In this document: positions 36,647 through 48,920 of the stretch, piece by piece
How the letters are laid out: each line of letters starts with the position of its first letter
Position numbering within the stretch: position 1 is the stretch's first letter
Notes under the pieces: model-generated
Told to the model about the DNA's origin: nothing
The model's input: the letters and a program-made list of their open reading frames with translations, nothing else
Database searches by the model: none
Assembly (NCBI RefSeq): GCF_004010195.1
Contig: NC_057720.1
Span: 19,178,629 to 19,237,552 of the forward strand
Direction: 5' to 3'
DNA: 58,924 nucleotides
From: Chiloscyllium plagiosum
Lineage: Eukaryota
Position numbers and translations under genes: made by a program

Positions 36647-36774
36647 GTGGCACGGTGGCTCAGTGGTTAACAGTGAAGCCTCACAGCACCAGGGATCTGG
36701 GTTCGATTCCAGCTTCAGGCAACTGTGTGTTGGGCCACGGGGCGGTGTGGTTGATTGGTGCGGGTGTCTCGGAG
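36647..36774 (+). mobile_element. Partial HE1-type SINE head
   Basis: gtggcacggtggctcagtggttaacagtgaagcctcacagcacc...gggttcgattcc. Confidence 0.7.
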
Positions 36775-37358
36775 ATCCACACCCCCCTACAACCCATTCT
36801 CTCATCCTGGCACCTTCCCCTGCCACCGCAGGAACTGTAAAACCTGCGCCCACACCTCCTCCCTCACCTCTATCCAAGGCCCTAAAGGAGCCTTCCACAT
36901 CCATCAAGGTTTTACCTGCACATCCACGAATATCATTTATTGTATCCGTTGCTCCCGATGCGGTCTCCTNNNNNNNNNNNNNNNNNNNNNNNNNNNNNNN
37001 NNNNNNNNNNNNNNNNNNNNNNNNNNNNNNNNNNNNNNNNNNNNNNNNNNNNNNNNNNNNNNNNNNNNNNNNNNNNNNNNNNNNNNNNNNNNNNNNNNNN
37101 NNNNNNNNNNNNNNNNNNNNNNNNNNNNNNNNNNNNNNNNNNNNNNNNNNNTATTGTACTCTATGCTACTTTCTCCCCACCCCCACCCCCCTCTAGCTTA
37201 TCTCTCCACGCTTCAGGCTCTCTGCCTTTATTCCTGATGAAGGGCTTTTGCCCGAAATGTTGATTTCGCTGCTCCTTGGATGCTGCCTGAACTGCTGTGC
37301 TCTTCCAGCACCACTAATCCAGAATCTGGTTTCCAGCATCTGCAGTCATTGTTTTTAA
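36775..37358 (+). mobile_element. 5'-truncated Penelope-like element of the same subfamily as 22006-22845 (spans N gap 36970-37151); hammerhead at 37234-37261 with a GAAATGTT variant
   Basis: FPCHRRNCKTCAH...NIIYCIRCSRCGL and a near-identical pLTR end cagcatctgcagtcattgttttta. Confidence 0.88.
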
Positions 37359-37611
37359 CTTAGAATAAAGAGGTGACAACTTAAGACTGAGATGAGCAGA
37401 AATTTCTTTTGTGGGTTAAGAATCTTTAGAACACCTTGCCACAGAGTTATTGGGCCAGAGACCTTGCATATCTTTAAGGCTGAGATAGCTAGATTTTTGA
37501 TCAGTAAGGGAATTAAGGGCTACTAGGAAAGTGGGCATGTGGAATGTCGGATAAGCCATGATCTGATTGAATTGTCAAGCAGGCTCAAATGGTCAAATGG
37601 GCGGAGGTGGG

Positions 37612-37834
37612 TACTGCAGATGCTGGAGATTAGAGTCAAGATTAGAGTGGTGCTGGACACAGCAGGTCAGGCAGCATCCGAGGAGCAGGAAAATCGACAT
37701 TTCGGGCAAAAGCCCATCATCAGGAATGAGGCCTCATTCCCGATGATGGGCTTTTGCCCAATACATCGATTTTCCTGCTCCTCGGATGCTGCCTGACCTG
37801 CTGTGCTTTTCCAGCACCACTCTAATCTTGACTC
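37612..37834. mobile_element. Zero-loop fold-back Penelope-terminus element (two inverted hammerhead copies) inserted in a CR1 tail
   Basis: Arms of about 100 bp (37633-37731 / 37732-37834) meet at the perfect palindrome ggaatgaggcctcattcc (37723-37740). TSD ctcaaatggtcaaatgg (37584-37600) / ctcgaatggtcaaatgg (37832-37848). Confidence 0.9.
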
Positions 37835-38046
37835 GAATGGTCAAATGGCCTATTCCTGTTCCTATTTCTTATGGAAAATTTGGAGAGCTATATGGGAAGA
37901 GTTTACAGGGTGTAGTCAATTGGATAACTTTTTCAAAGAGTCATGTGTAATAGTTGAATGGCCCTCATGTGCGCATAATAGTCTGTGGATGAATGACCAC
38001 AGCATCTCAGCAAGTGCAATTACTTTTTTTCCTTCCTCTGTTGCAG

Positions 38047-38225
38047 GACAAAATGAAGGGACATTAGCAATGCGAGAAGGAGAGGTTTTGTATGTTATTG
38101 AAGAAGATAAAGGAGATGGCTGGACAAGAACACGCAAACAGAATGGACAAGAAGGCTATGTGCCAACATCATATGTAGATATTACTCTAGAGAAAAACAG
38201 TAAAGGTGCAGTGACCTATATATAA
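38047..38225 (+). CDS. FNBP1L: FNBP1L SH3 exon, read-through form ending ...[16 protein letters not shown] (internal donor after 38205)
   Basis: ttccttcctctgttgcAG acceptor, phase 1. SH3 motifs EEDKGDGW and [11 protein letters not shown] at 38223-38225. Confidence 0.95.
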
Positions 38226-41200
38226 ATATAAGATGCTGAAATCCAGTTATGCAGATGTGGGAAATGTATTAATTTAAATGGCTAAAGGAATAATAGAAGA
38301 ACATTGAGTCGAATTCTTAAAATATGTTCCTATGCATAATTCTTTGTTCACTATGTGAGCTGAACTTTTAAATTGTGATTTTATTCTTAAAGTTATCCTT
38401 AGTGCAGAAATGCAAACCCTGAATTATTCCACGTCATAGTATTTGGAAACTCTCTAGTATTATATAAAAAAAAGCATTAATCCTTCCCAATATTCCTGAT
38501 GCCTTAACTTTTGTGTATGTGTAAATATTATAAATATATAGGTGAGGGTTCTTGGTGTTTTATATTTTTTAATCCATCATTGAAACAATGGTTTTCAGAC
38601 TTTTTATTGGAACATAATTTTTTTAGCTCTCAAAATAGTAATCTAGATAAAAACCAATAGTCCATTTCTTTAGTTATAACCATTTAAACCAAAAAAATTG
38701 TGATTCATAATAAATAACTTTGAATACTGGTGGTGGGAGTGCACATGAAAGTGTTTCTTACATTCATGTTTCATTTTCAAAACTGAAAAGCTGCATTTTG
38801 CCTAATAAATGCTTTGTTATTAATTGAGTATTTTGCCAATTATCAAGATGAAAATCTGACTTTAACTAATTTAGCTAAACATCATTCAAAACCTGTGTGC
38901 AAGTGTGATAATTTTGATGTTGCATAGTTAATGAGTTCTAACTTGTAAAGTTTCTCCTTGTACCTTTATTTCTTTTGTTTGTTCCAGCTGAATTTAGTAA
39001 TGGTGCTTTCTTTCTTTTCCCCTCTGGACTGCAGGTTCCTGAATTGGTGTGTGGGTTCTTGAAACATTGGGCGAGGCATTGAAGGAGGTTGCATGCAGCT
39101 TTTGTTGGGTGGGGAAAGGCACTGGTTGAAAGATTTGAGGCTGGTAGATGAGGAGGGAGGAGGAAACTGCATGTTTGATATTTATTTTGCTACTAACACA
39201 ATTAACACAATTCTAACTATGATTCACATGGTACCTGGTGAATCAACAGTACAGTATTCTATAGGTCTTAATCAATGCCAAAGGTTTATCTGACCCAGGT
39301 GAAGTGCATTCAAGATGACTTTACCATCAGATAGGTTAATTAGAAATTATAGTGCTGTCTGCCTGTGCCATCCTACATGCTCGCCCTAACATGCTATTGC
39401 ATGCTTTTGTAAATCATGCTAAATATTCACTTCAGAAATGTCTAGACTGTACTGTGGTTGGCCTGTTTTGTTGTTGTGCAATCCCCACGTTGTCAAGCTT
39501 AATTTCTTCTCCAGTGTTTCACATTTGTAGTTCCATTCCATTTTACATTTGTGCTGCTACCAGAACTGCATGGTGATAGTGTTGTGTTGACTACCAGTGT
39601 TGAGGAGGTCGGACAAACCTGTAGGTGCAACTTTTCATTGTCTGTGTATAGGTTATGAATTCTCCTCCCTCCTTGCTTTTGGCCCACATATTTTCTTGTG
39701 TATTGGATTGAATATTGAAGACTGAGTCAATGGAAACACACCTGAAAAACAGCATAGCTTCAGGAAAATAAGAATGACTCATTGTGAAGAGACTCAACTG
39801 GGCACAAACTTTGAGAGCTGTGTATCATGAACTCTGAGAAGACACACCAATCATTTATCACTATCTCACTGTATAGCTGCTGCCTTAAATCAACTGTTTT
39901 AACAAGAGTGCCTAAATCTGCTGACTGCCATTGTTTCCAGTAGTCTTCTTTGAAGCTTACATTTGTGCAGACTCATGGCAGCTCATCAATTTTGATTGAC
40001 TTGTGTATTCTCTTGGTACTGCAGCTGCTGATGTAGTCATGTCTAGTATATAAAAAAGGTACCAGAGGAATTGTGCTACTAAAATTTTTGTCGATATTTA
40101 TATTGTTTTTAATACTAAAGGTTTGTATTTGTTAACCAGATTTATTTGAAATGAATGTTTTTCAATTAGAATTTTGTAATTTTTTAAATTCTGGTTGAAT
40201 CTTATGAATAACAAGTTCATAGCTGAATAGCTGTGCAGGTCCTCTAATTTGGTGTCGTAACCATCAAAATGTGTGAATATATTGACTCTTGTGGATATTG
40301 TATGTATGTAACCAAAACCATGTGCACTTTTATCCAGTTGAGCAGTAACGCAAGTGCAGATGTTCTTTTTTTTTCTCCTAGAATATGTAAAGCTGCATGC
40401 GATGCAAAGTTTGTTCTTGTGATGAAGTCCAAACTGTAGTTTTCTTTCAGTGCTGTAATAAATATATAATCTTTAATCAATTTCAAGGCCACTGACCTTA
40501 GAATCACCCATCAGAAATATTCTTTAAATTCAAAAATTTTTGATTGCTGGACCACTTGAAACTTTATAATTGGCAGAAGATGCATCTTCTCAGCAGTACC
40601 TTGAAATGATCTAAGATATTTTATGACTCCAAGTTGTATACTGCAGAGGGGACCATTAGTACTTATTTGAAAATTTGAAATTTTAAGTAAAACAGAGCAA
40701 AGGTGTGGTCGATTAGGTGAATAAGATTTGGTGCTTTGACTCAAATCTGTTTGCTACTATTATCAGGTTCAATTACCTGCTTAGAAATTACAAATGTGAA
40801 ACTATCTTCTGTCTATATCCATTGTATTAATTACTGGAAACAATATATTTACATTTACTCCCTCGTATAACATTTTACAATGTTTCCAGACCAAATTGCA
40901 CATGCCAACAACAATAAAACATTGCCTGACTATCTGCCATTTACAGTGATCAACGTGAGCCCCGCTGACACTGATAAATATGTGGAAGCCTTCAGTTGCA
41001 ATAAAAGTAAGGCATTTTCTGTTAAACAATTCTTAATTCTGTTCCACTGTGAATTTCTGGTGAGTGAATATAATTTCTGGCAGGCTAATTGCAGAGTTAA
41101 CAAACATACACTCATTATTTTTAAATGTTCAGAAGAACTTGGATTAAATGATTTTTCTAAAAACAACTTTTAAAAGGATTTTGAAGTTTCCCTGCTTCTT

Positions 41201-41810
41201 TGTATTCAAGTATGTGTATTTTTAAGTGTTAGTTCACTATAAATTTGCAACATGGTGGCACATAATCTTTTCATTGTGCATTTCTGAAGTAAACCACTAT
41301 TAAAATATTGGCAATGGTATGTTGAGTACTCTTCCAAATAGACACTAAGTAGATTTGAGTTGTCTTAATTTTTACAGCAATTTAACTGTGAAAGTTGTAG
41401 AATGTAATAGAAAAGCTACTTTTTCCATAGCTGTATATCTGAAGTTAGGTAAGTGAAACAGACGGTTATCCAATTTGTAATGTTGTAACGCTTTTGCTTT
41501 GTATGTAATTTTAGGTATGCTACTTTTTGTGAGGAAATCAACAAATATAAATAAAGAGGCAACAGTTTGAAGAAGAGTTCTTCTCTTGCACATTACAAAA
41601 TTTTTCATATGTATACAGTGTGAGGGGATCTGGTTAAAACTGTAACTGACAACGTGTCAGACAAAGTAGAATGTAGGGCGAAAAGCAGCCAAGGTTTTGA
41701 ATTAATGATCTTTATGCACATGTTGATTTTAAAAACATTGTTGATATACTGTTTAAAATACTTTGTTGAGAACTGTTGAAATAAATTAATGTATTCCACA
41801 CAGTTTTGTC
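38226..41810 (+). other. FNBP1L: FNBP1L 3' UTR (AT-rich, no recognisable transposons); candidate distal poly(A) signal AATAAA at 41780-41785
   Basis: Follows the stop codons. About 3.5 kb with no recognisable transposon, unlike the flanking DNA. AATAAA is followed by GT/T-rich sequence. The 3' end point is inferred. Confidence 0.55.
39035..39042 (+). CDS. FNBP1L: FNBP1L alternative terminal exon, coding part (G-S-stop when spliced from the donor after 38205)
   Basis: Strong pyrimidine tract tgctttctttcttttcccctctggactgcAG|GTTCCTGA. Joining AAAG|gtgcag gives KNSK-GS-stop, the recalled canonical mammalian FNBP1L end. Confidence 0.75.
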
Positions 41811-42009
41811 ATACTTAAGCATCTGTTATATCAACTAATGTCTTGTTTTTCTTTCTGTGACGAAACCAGTTTTGTAAATATTCTCAGAACCTGTTGACAG
41901 AAGTTGCAGTTTTTAAGTAAGAGACTTGTTTATGGAATTGCGTGTTCTTCATCTTTCGTGTAGACCCAGCCAAAATTCCACAGAAGGATATTTGATTTTC
42001 AAGTTGTAA

Positions 42010-44125
42010 ACAAAATATAGAGGAAGGGAGCAAGGGATAAACCAGGTCCCTACAGGCCAGTCAGTTTACCTCAACTTTGGGGAAGTGATTGGAAGCAATT
42101 CTGAGGACAGATTTGATCTTTTCGAACACAGGGATTAATCAAGAACAGTCAGCATAATTTTGTTGAGGCGAGGTCATGTTTGACCAACTTGATTGAATTT
42201 TTTGAAGCAGTGACCAGATGCATAGATGAGGACAGTGCTTTTGAGGTAGTCTACTTGGACTTCAGGATAACTTACACAAAGGTCCCATTGGGAGACTGGT
42301 AGCAAAGGAAAGAGCCTTTGGGATCCAACGAAATTTGGCAAATTGAGTCCACATTTGGCTAAGTGTCAGGAAGCAGAGGGTGATATGAGGAGTGCTTTTC
42401 CAATTGAACTGTGACCAGTTGGCTCCCACAGGGGTCAGTGTTGGAACCCTTGCTGTTTGTGATTTACATAAATGATTTGAATGTGGGAGGGTTGATCAGT
42501 AAGTTTACGGAATATACAAGAATTGGTGGGGTGGTAAATAATGAGGAAGATAGCCGTAGATTACAGGAGAATATAGACAGGTTGGTTAGATGGGCTGATC
42601 AGTGACAAATGAAATTCTGTCCAGAGAAGTGCAAGGTGATACACTTGGGCAGGACAAACAAGGCAAGGGAATACATGATGAAGAGTAGGACCCTGGGAAG
42701 TACCAAGGATCAGAGGCATGTTATTGTGCACATGTACCCTTAATGGGACAGTTGCATAAAGCGGTTAAGAGGCTACATGGTATGCGTACCTTTTTCGGCC
42801 GAGGAATAGATTTTAAGAGCAAGGAGGCAATGCTGGAACTGTATAAACAGAACCTATTTGTTAGGCCACAGCTAGAGTACTTTGTGCAGTTCTGAAATCC
42901 ATATTTTAGGAGGGATTGGATAGCACAGGAGAGGGTGCAGAGAGCACTTACCAAGATTCTGCCTGTGCTGGAGAATTTTAGTTGTACAGAGAGATTGGAT
43001 AGACTGGGATTAATTCTGTGAATCTCTGACTCTGAGACTGATTTCCCTCTAGTTGCCTATCAAGAATGCTGTTTGTAGTTTGTTTTGCATAGCGAGCTTC
43101 CTGATATTACACGTCAGTAGATCTCTAGGCAGTCTGAATCAGTTTTCCCATTACCTCCTGCTGTAGTTTAACTTGAAATAGTGTTGCGTCCTTAAAAATT
43201 GGAAGAGGAATCTTTTATCAAATTTAATTCAACTTTCCACTAATGATAATGATCAAAGGCAACTTTGGATGTTTCATTTCTGTGTACCAAATTTAAGTAG
43301 CTAGAACCTCAGTTTCTTTTTGAAAGAAAAACTGAGCATTGAGTATGGGAGTTGGGAGGTCATGTTGCGACTTGGTTAGGCCATTTTTGCAGTATTGTGT
43401 GCAATTCTAGTCTCCCTCCTACAGGTAAGATGTCGTGAAACTTGAAAGGGTTAAGAAAATATAAGGATGTTGCCAGTTTTTTTGAAGCAGTGACCAGAAT
43501 TGTAGATGAGGACAGTGCTTTTGAGGTAGTCTACTTAGACTTCAGGATAAGTTACACGAAGGTCCCATTGGGAGACTGGTAGCCAAGGTTAAGAGCCCTT
43601 GGGATCCAAGGAAATTTGGCAAATTGAATCCACAATTGGCTAAGTGGCAGGAAGCAGAGGGGGATATATGAGGGGTGTTTTTTGTTGGAGGGTTTGAGCT
43701 ATGGGGAGGTGCTGAATAGGCTGGGGCTGGTTTCCCTGGAGTGTCGGAGGCTGAGTGATGACCTTTATAGAGGGTTATAAAATTATGAAGAGCCTGGAGA
43801 GGGTAAGTAGACAAGGTCTTTTCCCTGAGTGTGGAACTCCAGAACTATAGGGCATAATTTTAGGGTAGAGGGGAAAGATTTAAAAGGGGCCTAAGGGGCC
43901 ACCTTTTCATGCAAAGGATGGTACGTGTTTGGAATGAGCTGTCAGATGAAGTGGTGGAGGCTGGTACAATTACAACATTTTAAAAGGCATCTGAATGGGT
44001 ATATGAATAGGAATGGTTTCGAGGGATCTGGGCCGGATGCTGGTAAATGGGACTAGATTAATTTAGGATATCTGGTCAGCATGGACGAGTTGGACCAAAC
44101 GGTCTGTTTCTGTGATCTCTATGAC
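42010..44125 (+). mobile_element. CR1 LINE fragments (RT at 42010-43010; 3' end at 43335-44125)
   Basis: PQGSVLEPLLFVIYINDL..ISKF RT motif; tail gacgagttggaccaaacggtctgtttc...ctctatgac. Confidence 0.85.
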
Positions 44126-45124
44126 CCAAATGGGCTCCTTCATTGTTTAGTTACCCAAATTAATTTTGTGCAATATAGAGCTGTACATGTGAGATTTAAT
44201 CTCTGATCTCATCCAAACTGAGATGGTAGTGGGAAGAACAACTGGTATAGTTGTCCCTGGCAAAGATGTATTGAAGAGTCCCAAATCCTCTTACCAATTG
44301 AAATCTGGTGCTCCCTTCTGGGAAAAAAAGTAGAAGTATGCACATTGGTCAAGGATAGCTTGTACAGTTGGCTGCAAGGTTCACGAATGAATAATTGTTT
44401 GAGAAAACACCAGTTGATTCTGCTCAAGTCTGCACTTGCAGGACAGAAGAGAAATTCATTATGTATCAGATGCAGCTTGACCCTTGAATTAACAGTATCT
44501 TTGTTCAGATTCCTCTGAGTGCTAAGTGGTACCTTTGTACAGTACTTGGGGAAATGCAGGGTTCTTAGAAATGGCAACGTTTTGGGTAAGACTTCCCTCA
44601 GGTGAGCAAAAAGATTTCACAGCAAGATATGAAAAAGAGCAGGGCTCCTCTTCTAGTGTCCTGACCAATGTTGAAAATATGAAGGGTATTTTCCCAGTGT
44701 CTTAACCTAAACTATGGCTTATGGGATTTTGTTGTGTATAAAGTATTACTGCCCTTCGTACTTTAAATTTGTGACTACAGTCCAAAAGTACAATAAATGA
44801 TCTTGGAACATCCTGTGGATACAAAATGCACTACTTGTATGCAAATATGTCTTTCGTTGATTCATGCGCTATAAATAAATCAGCACACCATTCTGAGATC
44901 AGAAGAGGTTTCAGAGCATAATTATGTCAGTTATGTAGCACAGAAATAGGCCATTCTGCCCAACAAGTCTATAACCAGTACTCATACTTCCTCATGTACC
45001 ATCATAACCCTCTTTTTCTCTCCCCCGCCCCCATATGTTTACTCAGCTTCTCCTTAAATACATTTCCAGTGATAGCAATTTCTACATTATCATGCATCTT
45101 TAGATCAAAAGAAAAGTTTTCTGA

Positions 45125-45475
45125 ATTTTCTTTTATTCACTCACAGGGTGTGTGCATTGCTGACTAGGCTATAATTTATTGCTCATTCCTAATTGCTCAT
45201 TGGGCAGTTAAGAGTCAACCACATTGCTGTGGATTTGGATTACATGTATGCCGGACCAGGTAAGGATGACCGTTTCCTTCCGTAAGGACACTAGGGAACC
45301 AGATGGGTTTTACCAACAATTGGTAATGATTTCATGGTCATCATTAGACTCCTAATTCCATAGTTTTTATTTATTAAATTCAAATTCCATAATCTGCCAT
45401 GGCAAGATTTGAATGTGTCTCCAGAACATTAACTATTAATAGTCTAATGATAATACCAGTAGACCATTGCCTTCT
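45125..45475 (-). mobile_element. tRNA-derived SINE with a LINE-shared tail (SacSINE/Deu-like, tentative)
   Basis: Minus-strand head ggcaatggtctactggtattatc.... The tail gcaattaggaatgagcaataaa matches the LINE tail at about 25580-25650 and the fragment at 7100-7220. Confidence 0.5.
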
Positions 45476-45744
45476 CCGAAGGTGTAATTCTCTGGGGTTT
45501 TTTTGGTGACTATCTTGTGTTGTTTTCTGTCCAGTGATCACCTATTCTTGTTTATAATATGGTGATCAGACCCACGCGCAGTATTTTTAAGTATAGTCTA
45601 ACTACATTTTGATACAGATTTAGCAGAACACTACATTACCGTTCTATCCCACCAGAAATAAAGCCAAAAATGGGTGTCCACTCCATCTATTTCTTTTATT
45701 TCTTCTTTCTTACCTCCCATTCTCTGGTGACATCAGCAATGTCC

Positions 45745-46042
45745 AGTATGAAGCCAATGCGTATGCTCTGCCTCAAGAGCTTCAGGTGAAGCTGGTGCAG
45801 ACACTCTGCCCAGAGAGCCTCCAGGTGAAGCCAGTGCAGACACTCTGCCCAGAGAGCCTCCAGGTGAAGCCAGTGTAGACACTCTGCCCAGAGAACCTTC
45901 AGGTGAAGCCAGTGCGTACGCCCTGCCCCTGGAGCCTCCAGGTGAAGCCAATGCGGACGCCGAGCCTTGAGAGCCTCCAGGTGAAGCCAATGCGGACGCC
46001 GAGCCTTGAGAGCCTCCAGGTGAAGCCAGTGCGGACTCCAGC
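45745..46042. repeat. 39-bp minisatellite, about 7-8 units (gagcctccaggtgaagccagtgcagacactctgcccaga)
   Basis: Direct tandem units with two sub-variants (acactctgcccaga and acgccgagccttga). Explains the repetitive ORFs at 45696-46178. Confidence 0.92.
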
Positions 46043-46742
46043 TTTGAGGCGAGATCCGGCGCAAACTGGAAGCCAGCGTGGAATCATCTGCTTTGGCTTC
46101 TCTGCTTGGAAGGACCATAATTCTGAACTTCTTATTTTTTATTCTTCTAATTTATTCCTGAACTTTTATACCAGATAGCTTTTGTACTTAAGGTGGTGTG
46201 ATGGTCTGTAATGCTGGATTTTTATTTCTTTATTTTTCCTTTTTTGTTTCTTTATTTTTCTAATTTATTCCTGGGTAAATTTGGACCTAAGAGGGTGCTG
46301 TAAGTGGTGAGTACCATGAGACAATAAACTTAATTCTAATTTAGTCTTTCTAATGTATGCGACTTGAGAGTGACTGGTGTATTTGTACACTCAGATCCCT
46401 TTGTTCCTCTACCCCTTTTCGACTTGCTCCTTCTATGTAATGTGAGTTCCCTGTTTTTGCTACTGACTGTTAGAATCTGTTCAATCTGTTGTGTACTGTG
46501 CAACATTCAGGAAATTGATGGATCCAAGTTGCTGCTTGATTGAAGTTCCAGTGGCTGCTAAATTATCCACACTGGGTACAAAGGTAGCGTTTTTTGCAAA
46601 ATTTTCAGTAGGTTGCTCAGAACAGTTCATGGGTCACTGAAACATGGTTTCAGGGCTCCAGAGGATGGAGAGTGAAATCGAGCCAGAAGCAGGCTCCTAG
46701 TTGAAAAGTGATGCTGAGGAGACGATTGATGCTATGAAGGAG

Positions 46743-47454
46743 TGTTATGAAGATATGGGTGTACTATACCTTTTAAGAGAGTTAAAAGCAACAGAACCTT
46801 CTGACAAAATGAAGTGTTCTGAAAAGAAATATAATGTAACATTTGGTCAAACAACTCAATTGGCTGGTTGCCTGGAAATGACAAAACAGATTTGAATTAG
46901 TCTAATCAGTTTAAGTTGTACCGCAGAAAATACCAAACTCCATTCCAGTTTGAATTGAGTATATTGACAATCTTTAAAACCTGTGACACAATCCGATGCT
47001 TTGGGAGTATAAGACTGGAGAAATTTGAACAGTTGAGAGGAGAACTGTCAGACCCCAGCATGTATAACGACTGCCCGAAAAATAGCTCTGTTAAAAGGTA
47101 CCTTTATTGATCAGTAACCTGTGAAACAGAAATCCTGAAGAAGAAGAAAAGGAGACCAGAATTCAGAGAAAACAAAAGCTGCCTGGTTTTGGAGATAAGA
47201 TTTGTTTTGTAAATCATAATCAAGAGTTTTATTGGACTAGTATTATAGAAGGGCAGATAAAAGGTAGGTTAGAGGAAGGAATTGTAAATAGTTGTTAGTT
47301 AATTATTCTCTGTTATAATTTAAGAAATGAAGTTGTTAATTTTTACTTTAACTAGTTCTTGGCCTATCGAATTTTCACAGATTACTGTTCAGGATAAATC
47401 TTTTCTGTGTTGCTGGTTTTAAATTAAGCAGGAGAGTTTACCTGATGTCATAAA
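46743..47454 (+). repeat. 5' LTR
   Basis: tgttatgaagatatgggtgtact...caggagagtttacctgatgtcataaa, colinear with 52692-53398. Confidence 0.9.
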
Positions 47455-47457
47455 GTT

Positions 47458-47475
47458 TGGGGGATCGTGACAGTG
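47458..47475 (+). promoter_or_regulatory. Primer-binding site, decayed tRNA-Pro type
   Basis: tgggggatcgt lies just 3' of the LTR and resembles the tRNA-Pro PBS TGGGGGCTCGTCCGGGAT. Confidence 0.6.
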
Positions 47476-47627
47476 ATTTGAACTGGTTTAGACAGATTTG
47501 AATAGATTTTGGGGTATGAAAAATTCCAGCAGATTTAAACATTTGAAGGTTAGTGTCCTAGATCTTTAAATAAAACTTAGGTGAGACAATTTGTTTTCTT
47601 TCAGTGATTAAATTACAAGTGGGAGAA

Positions 47628-48920
47628 ATGACTCTTAAAATTGCTAGAGATTCTGGGATTTGAAGATGATTCTCAAATTTGTCAAGAAAGTTTAGAAAGA
47701 AAGAAAAAAGTCATACTTTTAGAATTAGCAAATACATTAGATTTGGATTTAAATAAGGACAAAAGTAAAGCTGAAATTGTAAGGGAGTTACTCAAGCACT
47801 TAGGTGTATCAGAAAAACAGACAAGTGCATTAAAGGTAGAAAAGCTTAAATTACAACTGAAGAAATTGGAGTTAGAAGACAAAGAGGAGAGGAAAAAGAG
47901 AGATGGGGAGGTTCTTAGATGAGCAAAGACGGAACAAAGGGAGAGACAAAAAATTTGAACTTGACAAGTTGCGTCTTAGTCAGCAAAGTCAAGTTAACAG
48001 GATGGAGAGTAAGTGAAGTTAGTGATATATATAAAATGTCAAAATTCTGCCACATTTTGTTGAGAAAGATGTTGAAGCCGCCTTTATTTCATTTGAAAAA
48101 TTGGCTAGGCAGAAGGAGTGGTCCAAGATTTATGGGTCGTGCTAGTTCAGATTAAACTGGTAGACAGAGCAAGTGAGGTATTTGCTGCATTGTCAGATGA
48201 AGTGTCAAGAGACTATGAAGAGGTTAATCAGGCTATTTCAAGTGCTTGTGAATTGGTACCAGAAGCAAATAGACAGCGGTTCAGAAACACGAAACACAAA
48301 GAAGGAACCAGGTCAAGCTTATGTTGAGTTCGAAAGAATTAAACATACTCATTTTGATCGATGGATGTGTGCTTTGAAAATAGTTAAGACCTTTGAGGCT
48401 CCAAAAGAGATTAGTCTGCTGGAGGAGTTTCAACCTTCACTTCCAGAGATGGTAAAAATTCACATGGAGGAACAGAGAGTTCAGGAAGTGAGAAGGGCAG
48501 CAGAATTAGCAGATGAGCACCTGTTGGTGCATAAGACAAGCTTCTGGCCAGAATTTCATCCTATGAGGGATAGAAGTTGGGAGAAGGGGAGATCCTACAC
48601 TACAAAACTAAGAGCAGTGGAGAGCACTGGTAAGAATTTACCACAGGATAAAAAAGAAGCCCAAGAGGGTGGAAAGGAGGCGAAAGGCCACCAGTGTTTT
48701 CACTGTGGTAAAGCGGGACACGTAAAGACACAGTGCTGGTTGTTAAAGAAAGACACTGTGGAAAAAGATGTGGTAAAAGAAGCTAAGCTAGTGGCATTAG
48801 TCAAGGTAATAGAGGAGACCCCAAGAAGAGCCGAGGAGCTGCAGGATAGTGCACAGGGCTGGGTATGGAGTCAGTACCTGATCTCTACAAAGAATTCACC
48901 TCTGTGGGTAAAGTTTGCCT
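47628..48920 (+). pseudogene. Frameshifted gag with a SCAN-like capsid region and a CCHC zinc knuckle
   Basis: EISLLEEFQPSLPEMVKIHMEEQRVQEVRRAAELADEHL (SCAN-like) and CFHCGKAGHVKTQC (CCHC). Confidence 0.8.

Noticed and set aside
37803..38046. N-terminal part of the 140-aa ORF
   Set aside because: Intronic read-through upstream of the acceptor. Only 38047-38225 is FNBP1L coding.
3928..38225. Assignment to FNBP1 or TRIP10 instead of FNBP1L
   Set aside because: [51 protein letters not shown] and TLEKNSKG fit FNBP1L as I recall it. Only the microexon looks FNBP1-like. A phylogeny would be decisive.
45696..46178. Repetitive ORFs (HWLHLEAL..., ASPGGS...) as a novel repeat protein or a CRISPR-like array
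   Set aside because: They are a by-product of a 39-bp tandem repeat that is open in several frames. There are no unique spacers, no splice or start context, and the DNA is eukaryotic.
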